From Phaeosaccion multiseriatum (lineage: Eukaryota > Protista > Ochrophyta, other classes): a stretch of 64,000 nucleotides of DNA. Shown here in pieces: positions 10,055 through 22,081 of this stretch; position 1 is the first letter of the stretch, and every line of letters begins with the position of its first letter. The stretch covers positions 868,001 through 932,000 of the forward strand of contig OZ218961.1 in NCBI GenBank assembly GCA_965112735.1, written 5' to 3'. The translations under genes were made by a program, and so were the position numbers. The notes below the pieces were generated by a model. That model searched no databases, was not told the DNA's origin, and saw nothing but the letters and a program-made list of their open reading frames with translations.

Positions 10055-12046
10055 TTAGCCCCCGTACCTCCCAGGCTCCGACCAGTGTGGATAAATCCCT
10101 GCCGACACGGCCTCTACGTACAGCTCGTCAGCAGCGTCCTCTTGTCCACCCTCCTCCAAGGCACCAATGGTGGCGTTGTAGGTCCTTTCGTCAGGAGCAA
10201 TTCCTTCCTCCTTCATCTCCGTCAACAACCTCAATGCTTCCACGTGTTGGTCGGCCTTGGCGCACGCGTCAATGGTCGTATTGTAGCTGATTATGTCAGG
10301 TGCGACTCCTTGTGACTTCATCCCCCTCAATAACCCCAGTGCCTCCACGTGTTGCTTGGCCTTGGCGCATGCGTCAATGGCGGAATTGTAGCTGATTACG
10401 TCAGGAGCGATTCCTTCCTCCTTCATCTCATTGAACAGCATCAGAGCCTCCATGTGTTGCTTGGCCTTGGCGCATGCGTCAATGGTGGTCGTGTAGCTCC
10501 ATACATCGGGATGGATTCCTTCTGCCTTCATCTCCTGCAATAGCCCCAGTGCCTCCACATGTTGCTTGGCCTTGGCGCATGCGTCAATGGTGCTGTTGTA
10601 GCTGATTACGTCAGGAGCGATTCCTTCCTCCTTCATCTCATTGAACAGCCTCAATGCCTCCACATGTTGCTTGGCCTTGGCGCATGCGCTGATGGTGGCG
10701 TTGTAGCTCCTTACATTGGGATGGATTCCTTCCTCCTTCATCTCCCTCAATAGCCTCAATGCCTCCACGTGTTTGTTGGCCCTGGCGCATGCATCAATGG
10801 TGCTGGTGTAGCTGACTACGTCAGAGGCGACTCCTTCTGCCTTCATCTCCCTCAGTAGCCTCAGTGCCTCCACGTGTTCGTTGGCCTTGGCGCATGCGTC
10901 AATGGTGCTGGTGTAGGATCGTACATCGGGATGGATTCCTTCCTTCTTCATCTCCCTCAGTAGCCTCAATGCCTCCACGTGTTCGTTGGCCTTGGAGCAT
11001 GCGTCAATGGTGGTCGTGTAGCTCCTTACATTGGGACGGAATCCTTCTGTCTTCATCTCCCTCAACAACCTCAGTGCCTCCACGTGTTGCTTGGACTTGG
11101 TGCATGCATCAATGGTGGTGTTGTAGCTGATTACGTCAAGGGCGACTCCTTCCTCCTTCATCTCCCTCAATAACCTCAATGCCTCCACGTGCTGCTTGGC
11201 CTTGGCGCATGCGTCAATTGTGGTGTTGTAACTGATTACGTCGGGGGCGACTCCTTCTGCCTTCATCTCCCTCAATAGCCGCAATGCCTCGACGTGCTGG
11301 TTGGCCTTGGCGCATGCGTCAATGGTGACGTTGTAGCTCCTTACATTGGGAGCGAATCCTCCTGCCTTCATCTCCCTCAACAACCTCAATGCCTCCACGT
11401 GTTGGTTGGCCTTGGCGCATGCATTAATCGTGGCGTTGTAGCTCCTTACATTGGGATGGATTCCTTCTGCCTTCATCTCCCGCAATAGCCTCAATGCCTC
11501 CACGTGTTGGTTGGCCTTGGCGCATGAATCAATGGTGCTGTTGTAGCTGACTACGTCAGGGGCGACTCCTCCTGCCTTCATCTCCCTCAACAACCTCAAT
11601 GCCTCCAGCTGTTGCGTGGCCTTGCCGCATGCGTTGATGGCGGCGTTGTAGCTGATTACGTCAGGTGCGATTCCTGCCTTCTTCATCTCTGCCAGAAGGG
11701 CCATTGCGCCCTTCCACCGCCCGCACTTCCCAAATGCGGAAATAGCAGCATTCATGCAGTACAGATCAGGCTTCAGGCCCTCGCGCCGTGCGCTCTCCAG
11801 AGTAGATGCAACCCTCCTCCAATCCTTGCTGTTGCCCAGAGCTTGGATCTCCTTCAGGAGCTGCACCTGCCTCGACTTGTCACCCCCCTTCGTGGAGAAG
11901 CTGGACCATTGCTGCTGCAGCGGCTTCTGCTGGTGGAGAGTGGAGTCGGCGCGCCGTTCTGCTCCAAGTCCTATTCTCCTACCGATGCAGGAGGAGTAGC
12001 AGGTTCTCGCCACTCTCCTCAACGACATCACTCGCATCAGGAGCAT
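10055..12046 (-). CDS. Intronless PPR protein (16 repeats), tandem paralog of 6545-8347, truncated before Smr
   Basis: Same repeat consensus and N-terminus (MLLMRVMSLRRVARTCYSS). An alternative in-frame ATG lies at 12127. Confidence 0.88.
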   Translation of the reverse strand: MLLMRVMSLRRVARTCYSSCIGRRIGLGAERRADSTLHQQKPLQQQWSSFSTKGGDKSRQVQLLKEIQALGNSKDWRRVASTLESARREGLKPDLYCMNAAISAFGKCGRWKGAMALLAEMKKAGIAPDVISYNAAINACGKATQQLEALRLLREMKAGGVAPDVVSYNSTIDSCAKANQHVEALRLLREMKAEGIHPNVRSYNATINACAKANQHVEALRLLREMKAGGFAPNVRSYNVTIDACAKANQHVEALRLLREMKAEGVAPDVISYNTTIDACAKAKQHVEALRLLREMKEEGVALDVISYNTTIDACTKSKQHVEALRLLREMKTEGFRPNVRSYTTTIDACSKANEHVEALRLLREMKKEGIHPDVRSYTSTIDACAKANEHVEALRLLREMKAEGVASDVVSYTSTIDACARANKHVEALRLLREMKEEGIHPNVRSYNATISACAKAKQHVEALRLFNEMKEEGIAPDVISYNSTIDACAKAKQHVEALGLLQEMKAEGIHPDVWSYTTTIDACAKAKQHMEALMLFNEMKEEGIAPDVISYNSAIDACAKAKQHVEALGLLRGMKSQGVAPDIISYNTTIDACAKADQHVEALRLLTEMKEEGIAPDERTYNATIGALEEGGQEDAADELYVEAVSAGIYPHWSEPGRYGG

Positions 12047-12796
12047 TTCTAAGACATTGCTGCTGCTGCTCTTCTGTAGCTGCTTTTGTGCACTTTTTAA
12101 GCTCTTGCTCTTCGTATGGAACGCCATCTGTGTTTGAGTAGTACAACACGTGCACCTGCTCGTCTCTCTGTCTTCGCGCGCGCGCACACACACACTTTCA
12201 GTTTCTTAGGTGGCTCGTATCAATAAATACGCCCTCGCTCTCCCTTTGTGGACGAGGCTGCTCGCCGATGAGCGAAGGGGCGTCGCCGAGAGGAAGATGG
12301 TGAAATAGAGGAGGAGCGCCTAGCAGCTGCGGAGGCGGCGGCGGAAGAAGCAGGGGTGCTCTCCCACCGACCATGAGGAAACAATCGTGAACAGCTTGTG
12401 AAAGGCGGCATGGCAGTTTGGTGTCTGGGCCGGCTGTGGTGGCCTGCTCTCGCCAGCAGCGACGAGGAGAAGAAACACTTCTCAGGTGGTGTCTGCGATG
12501 CTATAGACCTCGTGATTTCATGGCAAGGGCGGCCTTCATCGCATTCGCAGAGTTTTGAAGTGCCACGATGGAAGTCACGAAGCAAGAATGGGGACTACTA
12601 AGAATTACGGAGAAGAGGAGAAGCGGGGAGGGGGGGGGGGGGGTGTCGTCATATCACTTTCCCCCCTTTCCCCAATCCAAGGTATATCTTACATATATTT
12701 TTACGGTGGCTCAACACTAGAGAGGGAGAGTGAGAGGGAGGGGGAGAGAGAGAGAGAGAGATACACAAGCAGAAGCCCTTTCTCGTTCTTGCTTCC

Positions 12797-15700
12797 TCAC
12801 CACCCCACCCTTCTGCTCGTCGACTTGTGCATGTGTGCGCGGATACTCGCCTCAATTTTCCGCATGAAGCTCTCTTTCATTGATCCATTGTACAGTGGCA
12901 TGAACACAGCGCGGCCTACTCGCCTCCCTCCTCCTCCTCCTCCTCCTCCTCCTCCTCCTCCTCCTGCTGCTGCTGCTGCTGCTGCTCCTGCTCCTCCTCC
13001 TCCTCCTCCTGCTGCTGCTGCTGCTCCTCCTCCTCCTCCTCCTCCTCCTCCTCCTCCTCCTCCTCCTCCTCCTCCTCCTCCTCGTCCTCGTCTTCGTCCT
13101 CCTGTACCCGTGAGTGTTGCTGCTGCTGTCCCTTCTCCTGCTGCTGCTGCTACTGCTCCTCCTGTTGCCTCCCCCCCTCCGCCTCCTCCTCCAGCTGCGT
13201 TTACAACTCCCTCTCCACCTCCCACACCCCCGTCGCCACCTTCCCCTTTCCCTTCTCCTCCTCCTTCCCCTTCAAGCCCCCCGTCTCCTTCTTCTCTTTC
13301 TTCTCCTTCTCCTCCTTCTGCTCCTTCCCTTTCACCCCCCCACCCCCCTCCTCCTCCTCCTCCTCCTCCTCCTCCTCCTCCTCCTCCTCCTCCTTCTGCT
13401 GCTGCTGCTCCTCCTCCTCCTCCCCCTCCTCTTCGTCCCTCTGCAGTCGTCTGCACTCCACCGATCTTCACCCCCTTCACTACGGTGTTGTACACCCTTA
13501 CAGTCCTATACACAACATCATCCCCGGAGGGGTGGTCTTCTTCCTCGTCCAAGGTGCCTTGAATCATTGCCCTGGTGAAGAACAACGTACACACACACAC
13601 ATGCACATAAACACACGCACACACACACATGCATATACGGACACACACGCACATAAACACACGCACACACACACACATGGACATACACACGCAAACACAC
13701 ACACGTACATACACACATGCAACGTAGGACGTGGCTGAGAGGGAGAAAGAACAAATATGCTCACAGAAGCCTCACTGACGTACTGCCACCCACTGACGTA
13801 GTGCCATGGCCTCGGGCACCCTTACCGCCCCCCTCCTTCCCTACTTCCCTCCTAATCTCTCACACCCTGCACACCCCTGCCCCCCTCCCCTCTAACCCGT
13901 CCCTCCCTCCCTCCCTCCCTCCTCCTCCCTCCCCCCCCTCTCTCCCTCCCTCCCTCCCTCCCTCCCTCCCTCCCTCCCTCCCTCCCTCCCTCCCTCCCTC
14001 CCTCCCTCCCTCCCTCCCTCCCTCCCTCCCTCCCTTCCTTCCTTCCTTCCTTCCTTCCTCCTTTCTTCTCACTGACCTGGCGTCGGCAATCGTTGTCTTC
14101 GCATTCGCCGCCCCCCCTCCCAGGCCTTGCGCCCTCCTCTGTTCTCTCACCGCAATCACGTGTTGCGCTCGCGATTCCTTTAACAACCCCTCCACTACAC
14201 GGATCCTCACCGCCCAGGGAGCCGCATCACTTTCCCCTAGTAGTTCTCGTATGAGTCCCAGCCACTCCGGACGGCTCAACGCCTCGGTGATGGTCATGTT
14301 CCATACAGATGGCGCCGGAGAGGATGAACCACCAACCGTTGTACCACAACCACCACCACCAGCATCCGCACCAGCGGCAGCAGCAGCAGTAGGGGAGGAT
14401 GGTTCCTCAACCCCCCCCCCCCCCCTCCCCTTACCTCCTCCCCGACTTCCCGAAGCCCCGCCTCTACCTTTGGCTCTACCCCCTCTTCCTCCCCCCGCCC
14501 CTTGGCGTTTCACCAGCTGCCGACCCTTGCCGTTTTGCTGCTCCTGCGACGACCCAGGGGGCTTGGTCCTGCGTCCTCCTCCTCCTCCTCCTCCTCCTCC
14601 TCCTCCTCCTCCTCCTCCTCCTCCTCCTCCTCCTCCTCCTCCTCCCCCTCCTCCTCCCCCTCTGCCGCCGCCGCCACCCCGTTTAGTAGCGTTGCCACCC
14701 GGTGAGGACTCGGTCCCTGGCGACGCAGCAGCACCGTCGGGACCGAAGCTGGTGTCTGGCTGCTCTCGACTTCTGTTAGTGGTGACTTCTCGGCTTCCCA
14801 AATCGAGACTGCTGCTGCGTGAAAGCAGTCTCCGCCCCCCCCCTCCTCCTCCTCCTCCTCCTCCTCCTCCTCCTCCTCCTCCTTCATCCAACGTGCCACA
14901 AATACCTGCCCCGGTGCTTTCGATGTCGTGTTGGAACTGAGCTCGAAGCTTCTTGCTCAAGGAAGCACTCTGTATTGGGAGGGAGAGGACAGGAGAGGAG
15001 GAGAGAAGAGAGAGGGAGGGGGGGGGGAGGGAAGTGGGGAGGGAGGGAGGGAGGGAGGGAGGGAGGGAGGGAGGGAGGGAGGGAGGGAGGGAGGGAGGGA
15101 GGGAGGGAGGGAGGGAGGGAGGGAGGGAGGGAGGGAGGGAGGGAGGGAGGGAGGGAGGGAGGGAGGGAGGGAGGGAGGGAGGGAGGGAGGGAGGGAGGGA
15201 GGGAGGGAGGGAGGGAGGGAGGGAGGGAGGGAGGGAGGGAGGGAGGGAGGGAGGGAGGGAGGGAGGGAGGGAGGGAGGGAGGGAGGGAGGGAGGGAGGGA
15301 GGGAGGGAGGGAGGGAGGGAGGGCGCCGCCGCTGGCATGAGGGAGGAGACACAACATGGGAATTGAATAGAACGGAACCGACCTTCTGCAGGTTGAGGGA
15401 TGGCAGTGGATGGGTGGAGGGACACAACGAGGGATGGCAGTGGATGGAGGGAAGGAAGGAGAGAGGGAGAGACGGCAGTGGCAGGAGGGGGGGAGGGAAG
15501 GATGGCAGCAGATGGAGGGACGAAGAGACAGGAGAGAGATGGCAGTGGATGGAAGGGAAGGGAACCAATACCGACCTTCTGCAGGTTCTTGAGGGTGTCC
15601 TTCTTCTTGTTGTTCATGGTGTGAGAAAGGTTAGACACCCAACGGATCTCCGGCACAAGGAAACCGCCAGCGTAGCCAGGGTGTCCCTGATTCCCCTGGG

Positions 15701-16022
15701 GGAGTGGTGATGGTGGATGGGAAAGAGTATGGCAGTGGATGGGGCGGTGGGGGGGGGGGATGGCAGTGGATGGTGCCAGACATGGGGGGGGGGGGGCAGA
15801 GAGCAGCAGTGAGCGAGCAGACAAGGAACGGCTCAAACCGACACTGAAACTGAAACGGAAATTGAAACTTACCGAGCGAATGAGTTGGTTCTCCTTGGCG
15901 CGCATGTCAATTGTGATTTCATGCTTGATGCGAGGCTCAGCCTGGGGGGAGGGGGGAAGGCGTAAAAGGGGTTGTGTAGGGGGGGGGGCGGAGACGAGAG
16001 GGCGGGAGTTGAGGGGAGGAAG

Positions 16023-16070
<48 letters not shown>

Positions 16071-19000
16071 GAGAGGGAGAGAGAAAGAGAGGTCGGGAGG
16101 GAGAGAGAGAGAGGTAGGGAGGGAGAGAAAGTTTGAGAGGGAGAGAGAGAGAGGTAGGGAGGGAGAGAAAGTTTATAAGCATACGGCGACTTTTTGTACA
16201 CGTATGATGCTTACCTTCTTCCACATGAGCAGGAGCAGAAAGATGCGCGCCCTTCTGCAGACAATGTACGAACGTGCCATACTTTGGATGTGCAGATAAG
16301 ACGCCCTAAAGAACGACAGGCTGCGGCCAACCTGTGAGTGAGTGAGTGAGTGAGTGAGTGAGTGAGTGAGTGAGTGAGTGAGTGAGTGAGTGAGTGAGTG
16401 AGTGGATTACAAGGGCACTTGATGTAGTATCGGGGTGCAGAGGGGTTGGCGTCCCTCCCAACGTGTGGTTGTCCTAGCCCCAGCCGGTATTGCCTTGCTT
16501 TGCTGGAGCCTTCAACCTTCACTCACCCAGCAGCCTACCAAACTGAAACTCTCACTCACCTTGGATGCCATGGAGTTTTCCTTGAGCATAGACACAATCA
16601 CGGCCTGTACGTTGTGCTTGCGACGACTGCGGCAGGCGAAGAACCAACGCTTGGACAGCTTGAACACGGGTATGAGCTGCGGTGGGGGGGGGGGGGGTTG
16701 GAGGAGTGGGGGGGGCAGGAGAGTATGAGCGTATGGGAGCAGTTCTTCACACGCGGCGCGCGCACATAGAGAGCAGAGAGACGCGCTTACTCTCTCTGTC
16801 ACCCACCCACACACACACACACACTCACACACACACATACACACATACACACACACTCACACACACTCACACACACACATACACACATACACACACACTC
16901 ACACACACACTCACACACACACACACATACACCCACACCCACACACAAGCACATCCGCACATGCGCCGCGCACACACGCACACGCACACGCACACGCACA
17001 CGCAAACATACCTTCTCGTGGTTCTTGTGCATGAAGCTGCGAATGTAGTGACTGCGATAGCACCGCTGAATGGCGCTCGCGCTCCTCTCCCGCAGCACTT
17101 CAAAGTTATGCTTGGCCTTCAATCGCTCAATGTGAAACATGAGGTCCCGGAGTCGACTCAGCCGAGCTGCGTTGGCGACGACGTGGAGTAAGCCTTGCTG
17201 AAGGAGGATTCGCATGCGTGTTTTCTCGCGGTTGAGTTTCTTCTGCTCCTTCTCGGCGATCTTTTGACGAAGTCTTATTGGTTGGGTGGGTCGCGTAGGT
17301 TGGGTGAGTGGATGGGTGGGTGGGTGGATGGTTAGTTGGGTTGAGTGGGTTGAGGAGGAGGTGGGTGGGTGGTAGGGTGGGCGGGTGAGTGGGAGAGAGG
17401 GAGGTTTGGCTGTTCAGTTGTTCGGTTGGAGGGTTGGTTGTTTGGTAGGTTGTTTGGTTGGTTGGTAGGTTGGTTGATTGGTTGGTTGGTTGGTTGGTTG
17501 GTTGGCAGGTTGGTTGGTTGGTTGGTAGGTTGGTTGATTGGTTTGTGTGGCTCTGTTGGTTGATTGGTTCGAAGGGAGGGGGGAAGAGAGGAAGAGGAGG
17601 GCAGGGAGGGTAGGGAAACTCTCGACACATCAACACACCACAATCACTCCCTCCCTCCCTCCCTCCCTCCCTCACTCACTCACTCACTTGCGTAACTTTT
17701 CCCTCTCCATCTGCTCCCTTCTCATCCTGGCCTCCTTCCTCTGCAGGTGTGTCCTCAAATCCCTGTTCTTGGCGTTTCGAATGGCCGTGGTGCTCTCGTC
17801 CTGCCTGCCATCCCTCCCCACTTCATCCAAGACACTCAGAGAGGAACAAGACATCATGTCGCGGCTGCTGCCCCACTCCCCCAAGGAGGTTTCCTCTTCT
17901 CTCCCTTCACCTCCTTCTCTTGCCTTATCACCAACCGCTCCCCCTGCGCTTGATGTCCTTGACACGACGTTGGCCCACCTTCCCACGCCGTATGGGGTCG
18001 TCCGTGCGCCGCTCCGCCCCGTTCCTACAGACCTCACTCCCTTCGAGCCGCCCCCCGCGTCAACAAGAGAGGAGGAGGCCGAAGCTCCTCCTTCTGCTTC
18101 CCCTCCCCCCCTTCCTCTTCTGCTTCCGACACCAGCAGTGCTGATAGTACCACCTCTACCACTACCCGCTGTCCCGCCACTCCGGCTACCCCGCGGCACA
18201 TCAAGCCGACCGCCTTGCGGCTGCTGCCGAGAGACTGGACGCCCAAGCCCCACTACACTACTGCTGCTACTACCCGGCATTCCTCCTTCTCTTCCCCTCC
18301 CCCCTCCTGCCCCTCCTGCCCCTCCTCTTCCCGACTGCTCCTCCCACTCCATGCCATTGGTGCCTGTGCCTGAAGCACCGCCCCCCGGGGGGGTCTCAAC
18401 CGTTACAGAATTCAGAGCGATATTAGGGCCGGACCACACCGCCAGCAAGTCTCTCTCCATGTCTCCAAACGGAAAGTCGGGGCGCCGCTCCACTTTAGAC
18501 AGAACCGAAGACATTGCCCTTTGGGGGGGTGGGTAGTAAGACAATGGGTGGGTGGGTGGGTGAGGTGGATGGGTGGATGAGTGCGTGGGTGGGTGGGTGG
18601 GTAGGTGTGTGGGGTGGGTGGGTGGGTGGGTGAGGGGGTGGGTGTGGTGGTGGAGACAAAGCGGGAAAATATTTAGGCAACACACATACACACGAAATAC
18701 CCCTCCTCCACACACACTCAAACTCAAACTCCCCCCCATACTTACGCGTACGTAACACATGATATCTACCATTACGTATACTCGATACTCACTGTGCGAA
18801 CTGGGCCTGTCGAAGGACGGCAATCCATACAGCTCTCCGCACCACCCTTGCTCGTTGCTTGTGCGGTGTCCGAAGGATGACGGACTCACAGTCCCAGTGA
18901 GGTGTCACCAGCGCCACTACCCTCTTTTGCACCACAGCGGGGTGAACAAAGCCGTGAAGCCCCGCTCCTCCCCCCGCCTTAGCCGTTACTTTTTGCCCCC

Positions 19001-20499
19001 CTAGCGACCGCTTCTTTTTGTTGGCCCCTTCTGTCATCGGTCGTCGTTGCTGGTGCTGGTGCTGCTGCTGCTGCTGCTGCTGCTGTCCTCCTCCTCCTCC
19101 AGCTCCGAACACCACCGGTCCATCGCCCCCCTCCTCTCCGTCCCCTGCTCCTCCTGCTTGTCGCCCTCCCATGAGTGGCGAGCCCACATCGCCAAACATG
19201 ATTGAGTCAGGTGATGCAGATGCAACAGTTGGTGATGCAGCGGTTGATGCCCTCCCTCCTTCCCCGCCCAAAACAGAGCCCCCCTCATGAGGCAGCGGTG
19301 ATCGATCGCTGCTGTCGTCATCCACAGAAAGTATCGTTGCGTCATCAAAGTGGAGGCTGATGCCGCCTTCCCCGAGTAACCGCGAAGGCGCCGAGAAGAG
19401 ACCTCGTCCTCCTCCTCCCGTTCTTTCTCCACCACCACCTCCTCCTCCTCCTCCTCCTCCTCCTCCTCCTCCTCCTTCTCCTCCTCCTCCTCCTCCCCCC
19501 CCCCCTTCTCCTTCCACTCCCCAAGAGGACGAGTGCTGATCCAGTGGGTGAGACGCGGAGGAGACCGACTGACTGCGTGAGGCTCCCACCCCTCCGCTTC
19601 CTCCTCCTTCTCGTCCGGCACCGGCAGCTGCACACGAAAGCGGCTCCGCAGTGGAGCGCGCTGTGACGAGGTAGGGAAGGGAAGGGGGGATCCTCGCCCT
19701 AAGGTGGGCAATCGAAACAGAGCTCGTCTTGGGGCGGGTGCCTCGCTGGCGGATCAGACCATTTCTGCTCCTCCCGTTGTTGCTGCTACTGCCACTTCTG
19801 CCACCCCCACCCCCGCCACCACTAGTTGTAGGAGTAGTAGTGGCACGAGCAGGAGCACCGTACTGGTGCTGCTGCGTTTCAGTCTCGTTGTTGTTGTTGT
19901 TGTTGTGGTTGTTGTTGTTGTTGTTGTTGTTGTTGTTACCCGTGGTGCCGATGCTGCTACCATCGAGGCCGCTTAAGTGGTTCTGGCCACCGTTTCCGCC
20001 GCTGGTGTGGATTGCGAAGGTACTGGAGAGGCTAGTACTACTGCTGCCCATGGCACTGACCTCCGGTACGGCGGCGCCATGGGTGGGGGCGTTGTCCCCG
20101 AAAGTGTTGTATGTGAAGCTTTTGCTTTCCTTGAAGACGGTCGACGCCCGTGACACGGCGGTACTGCCCAAGTTAGGGTAGCCTGACTTGGCGCGGTGTT
20201 TCTTTACATTCAGGAATGGGGAAGCGTCCTGAAGACCAGCCAGCAGCACAGCAGGAAGCGAACAGAGGGAGGCACAGTTGGACTACAGACTACAGGAGAG
20301 CAAAACTTGCCCCAAGACAAAGGGAAAAGAAGAGTTACCATGAGACCACTCCTTCCTCGTCCTCGCTCACCAGGTTCTCCAGGGCCCGTAGCCGAAGGAT
20401 GGAGGCTTGTGGCACGTAGGGAACCGCGGGTTTCTTCTTGGCACGCTGCTCCGGCTGAGGCGGGACCTGGCCCTGCTGAAGGAGCTTGCCTACCGTCAT
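12797..20499 (-). CDS. Large uncharacterised IQ-motif/coiled-coil protein with Gly-rich tracts, about 10 exons
   Basis: Phase-consistent GT-AG chain: MTVGKLL..ENL|DASPF..AQ|AMSSV..K|[17 protein letters not shown]..|LIPVF..|[27 protein letters not shown]..|AEPR..|GNQG..|SASL..R|AMIQG..VGW*. Two IQ-like motifs. Confidence 0.62.
15037..15323. repeat. Perfect (GGGA)71 tract inside an intron
   Basis: Uninterrupted GGGA units seen directly. Confidence 0.95.
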
Positions 20500-20712
20500 G
20501 CTTTCCTGGTCGCCGTCCCTTCCTTCACGACTTCCTTGTCTCGTCTTGCATACTACCGGGTCGGAGACTGTGTAATCTCTGTACTTATCAACTTTCCAAC
20601 TTGTGTGGTGCTTCCATAAGTCAATGAATGTAACCGTAAAATCCCTTTCTCTCCTTTTCCTCTCTCCTTTGACTTTCTCTCTGTACCTCTCCCCTTCTCT
20701 TGGGCTCAAACA

Positions 20713-22081
20713 ATGGCCGACCCCCACGAGCTGAGCGAGGAGAAGAAGAGAGACTATGGCTACGGGGTCCCAAACTGGTCGCCGTACTATAAGATGGAGG
20801 GGGAGTACGACCCCGAAGCAGAGAGGCTCAAGTCTTCCAAATTCCTGGCGTATGATAAGTTGATACCGCCTCAGTACGTGCCCTTGGAGGAGCATGAGAG
20901 AACCGACGGACTTCGGCGGCTGTACGGGAAGAGCGTCAAGTGCGCTCTGGGGTGGGACTACGAGAGCAGCGCGGATGGGAGGAGGCTGAAGGAGATCGGG
21001 CAAGGCCTGCCCACCTGGAGTCCGCTGTACAGAGGGGCCTTGGACAAGTCGAAGAAGCAACCATCTGCAGCAGCAGCAGAAGAGGAAGTAGCAGAATCAG
21101 CAGCAGCAGCAGCGGATTCTAAGAAAATCCTGCTGGCAGTGGCTAGCGCACCATCGATAGGGGGGGGCGAAGACTCGTCCGGCAGAGGGTCGGGACAGAA
21201 GGGGCAACAACAACGTCAACAGCAGAAACCACAACAAGTAGAGAGTCAGAGTCAAAGTGACCAGGAGCATGGCCCTACGAAGAGCAAGGAGGCCAGTGAC
21301 AAGCAGCAGCAGGGTGCGATGCTGACCAGAAAGGAGTTTGAGAAGCTGAAGAGAAAGGCTGCCCGAAGAGCCCGGGGGGGTCCCGCCGCGGCCAGGCATT
21401 TGGATAGAGGCTTCGTGGCCATGACAGAGAAGCTCAAGGCAGAGCGTGGTGAGGAGGAGAGGAGGAGAGAGGAGAAGCAGGCACGAAAGCTCAGGGCCGT
21501 CATGGAGCAGGGGGAGAGGTTGAAGGGTTCCGCGTCTATGCCTTCACTGCCCAAGCAGGAGCAGCGGCAGCTCAAAGCGCCTTCCTCAGGCACTAGTGCC
21601 AATCAGCGAGAGGTAAGCTCATCAGTAGTCCCCTGTGCCCAAGCGAACATGGAGGAGGAGGAGGAGCAGAGGCAAACCACCAAGTCCCAGTCCAACATGA
21701 CCGCGAAGGAACGAGGTGCGTACGTGCCTCACTGAGTGCAGAGGGACAGAGGGGACACAGGGGAGAGAGGGAAGGGAAAGTATGGCTCGTCTGACAGCTA
21801 AGCTCTGACACGCATGACGAGTGAAGCAGCTTCCCATCCCCTATGCGGCACACACACACACATCACTCATACACACACACTCACTCTCTCTCTCACACAC
21901 GCGAGCACCGGCTTGGTCATTCACTGACATACCTGCCTACCATCCCACAGACTACGGATACGGCTTCCCCGCGTGGAGCCCCTTCGCGTACCACAATGCC
22001 GCTCTGGAGGAGCATCTCAAGAAAGACACGTACCGGACCTGCGCGCAGGTCATAGGAGACTGTAAGTGGACGGGTTGGTAG
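20713..22081 (+). CDS. Uncharacterised protein with a repeated (R)DYGYGxPxWSP motif, 2 exons
   Basis: Exons 20713-21715 and 21951-22081 join in phase 1 and recreate RDYGYGFPAWSPF. The same motif appears as RDYGYGVPNWSPY and KEIGQGLPTWSPL. Confidence 0.72.
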
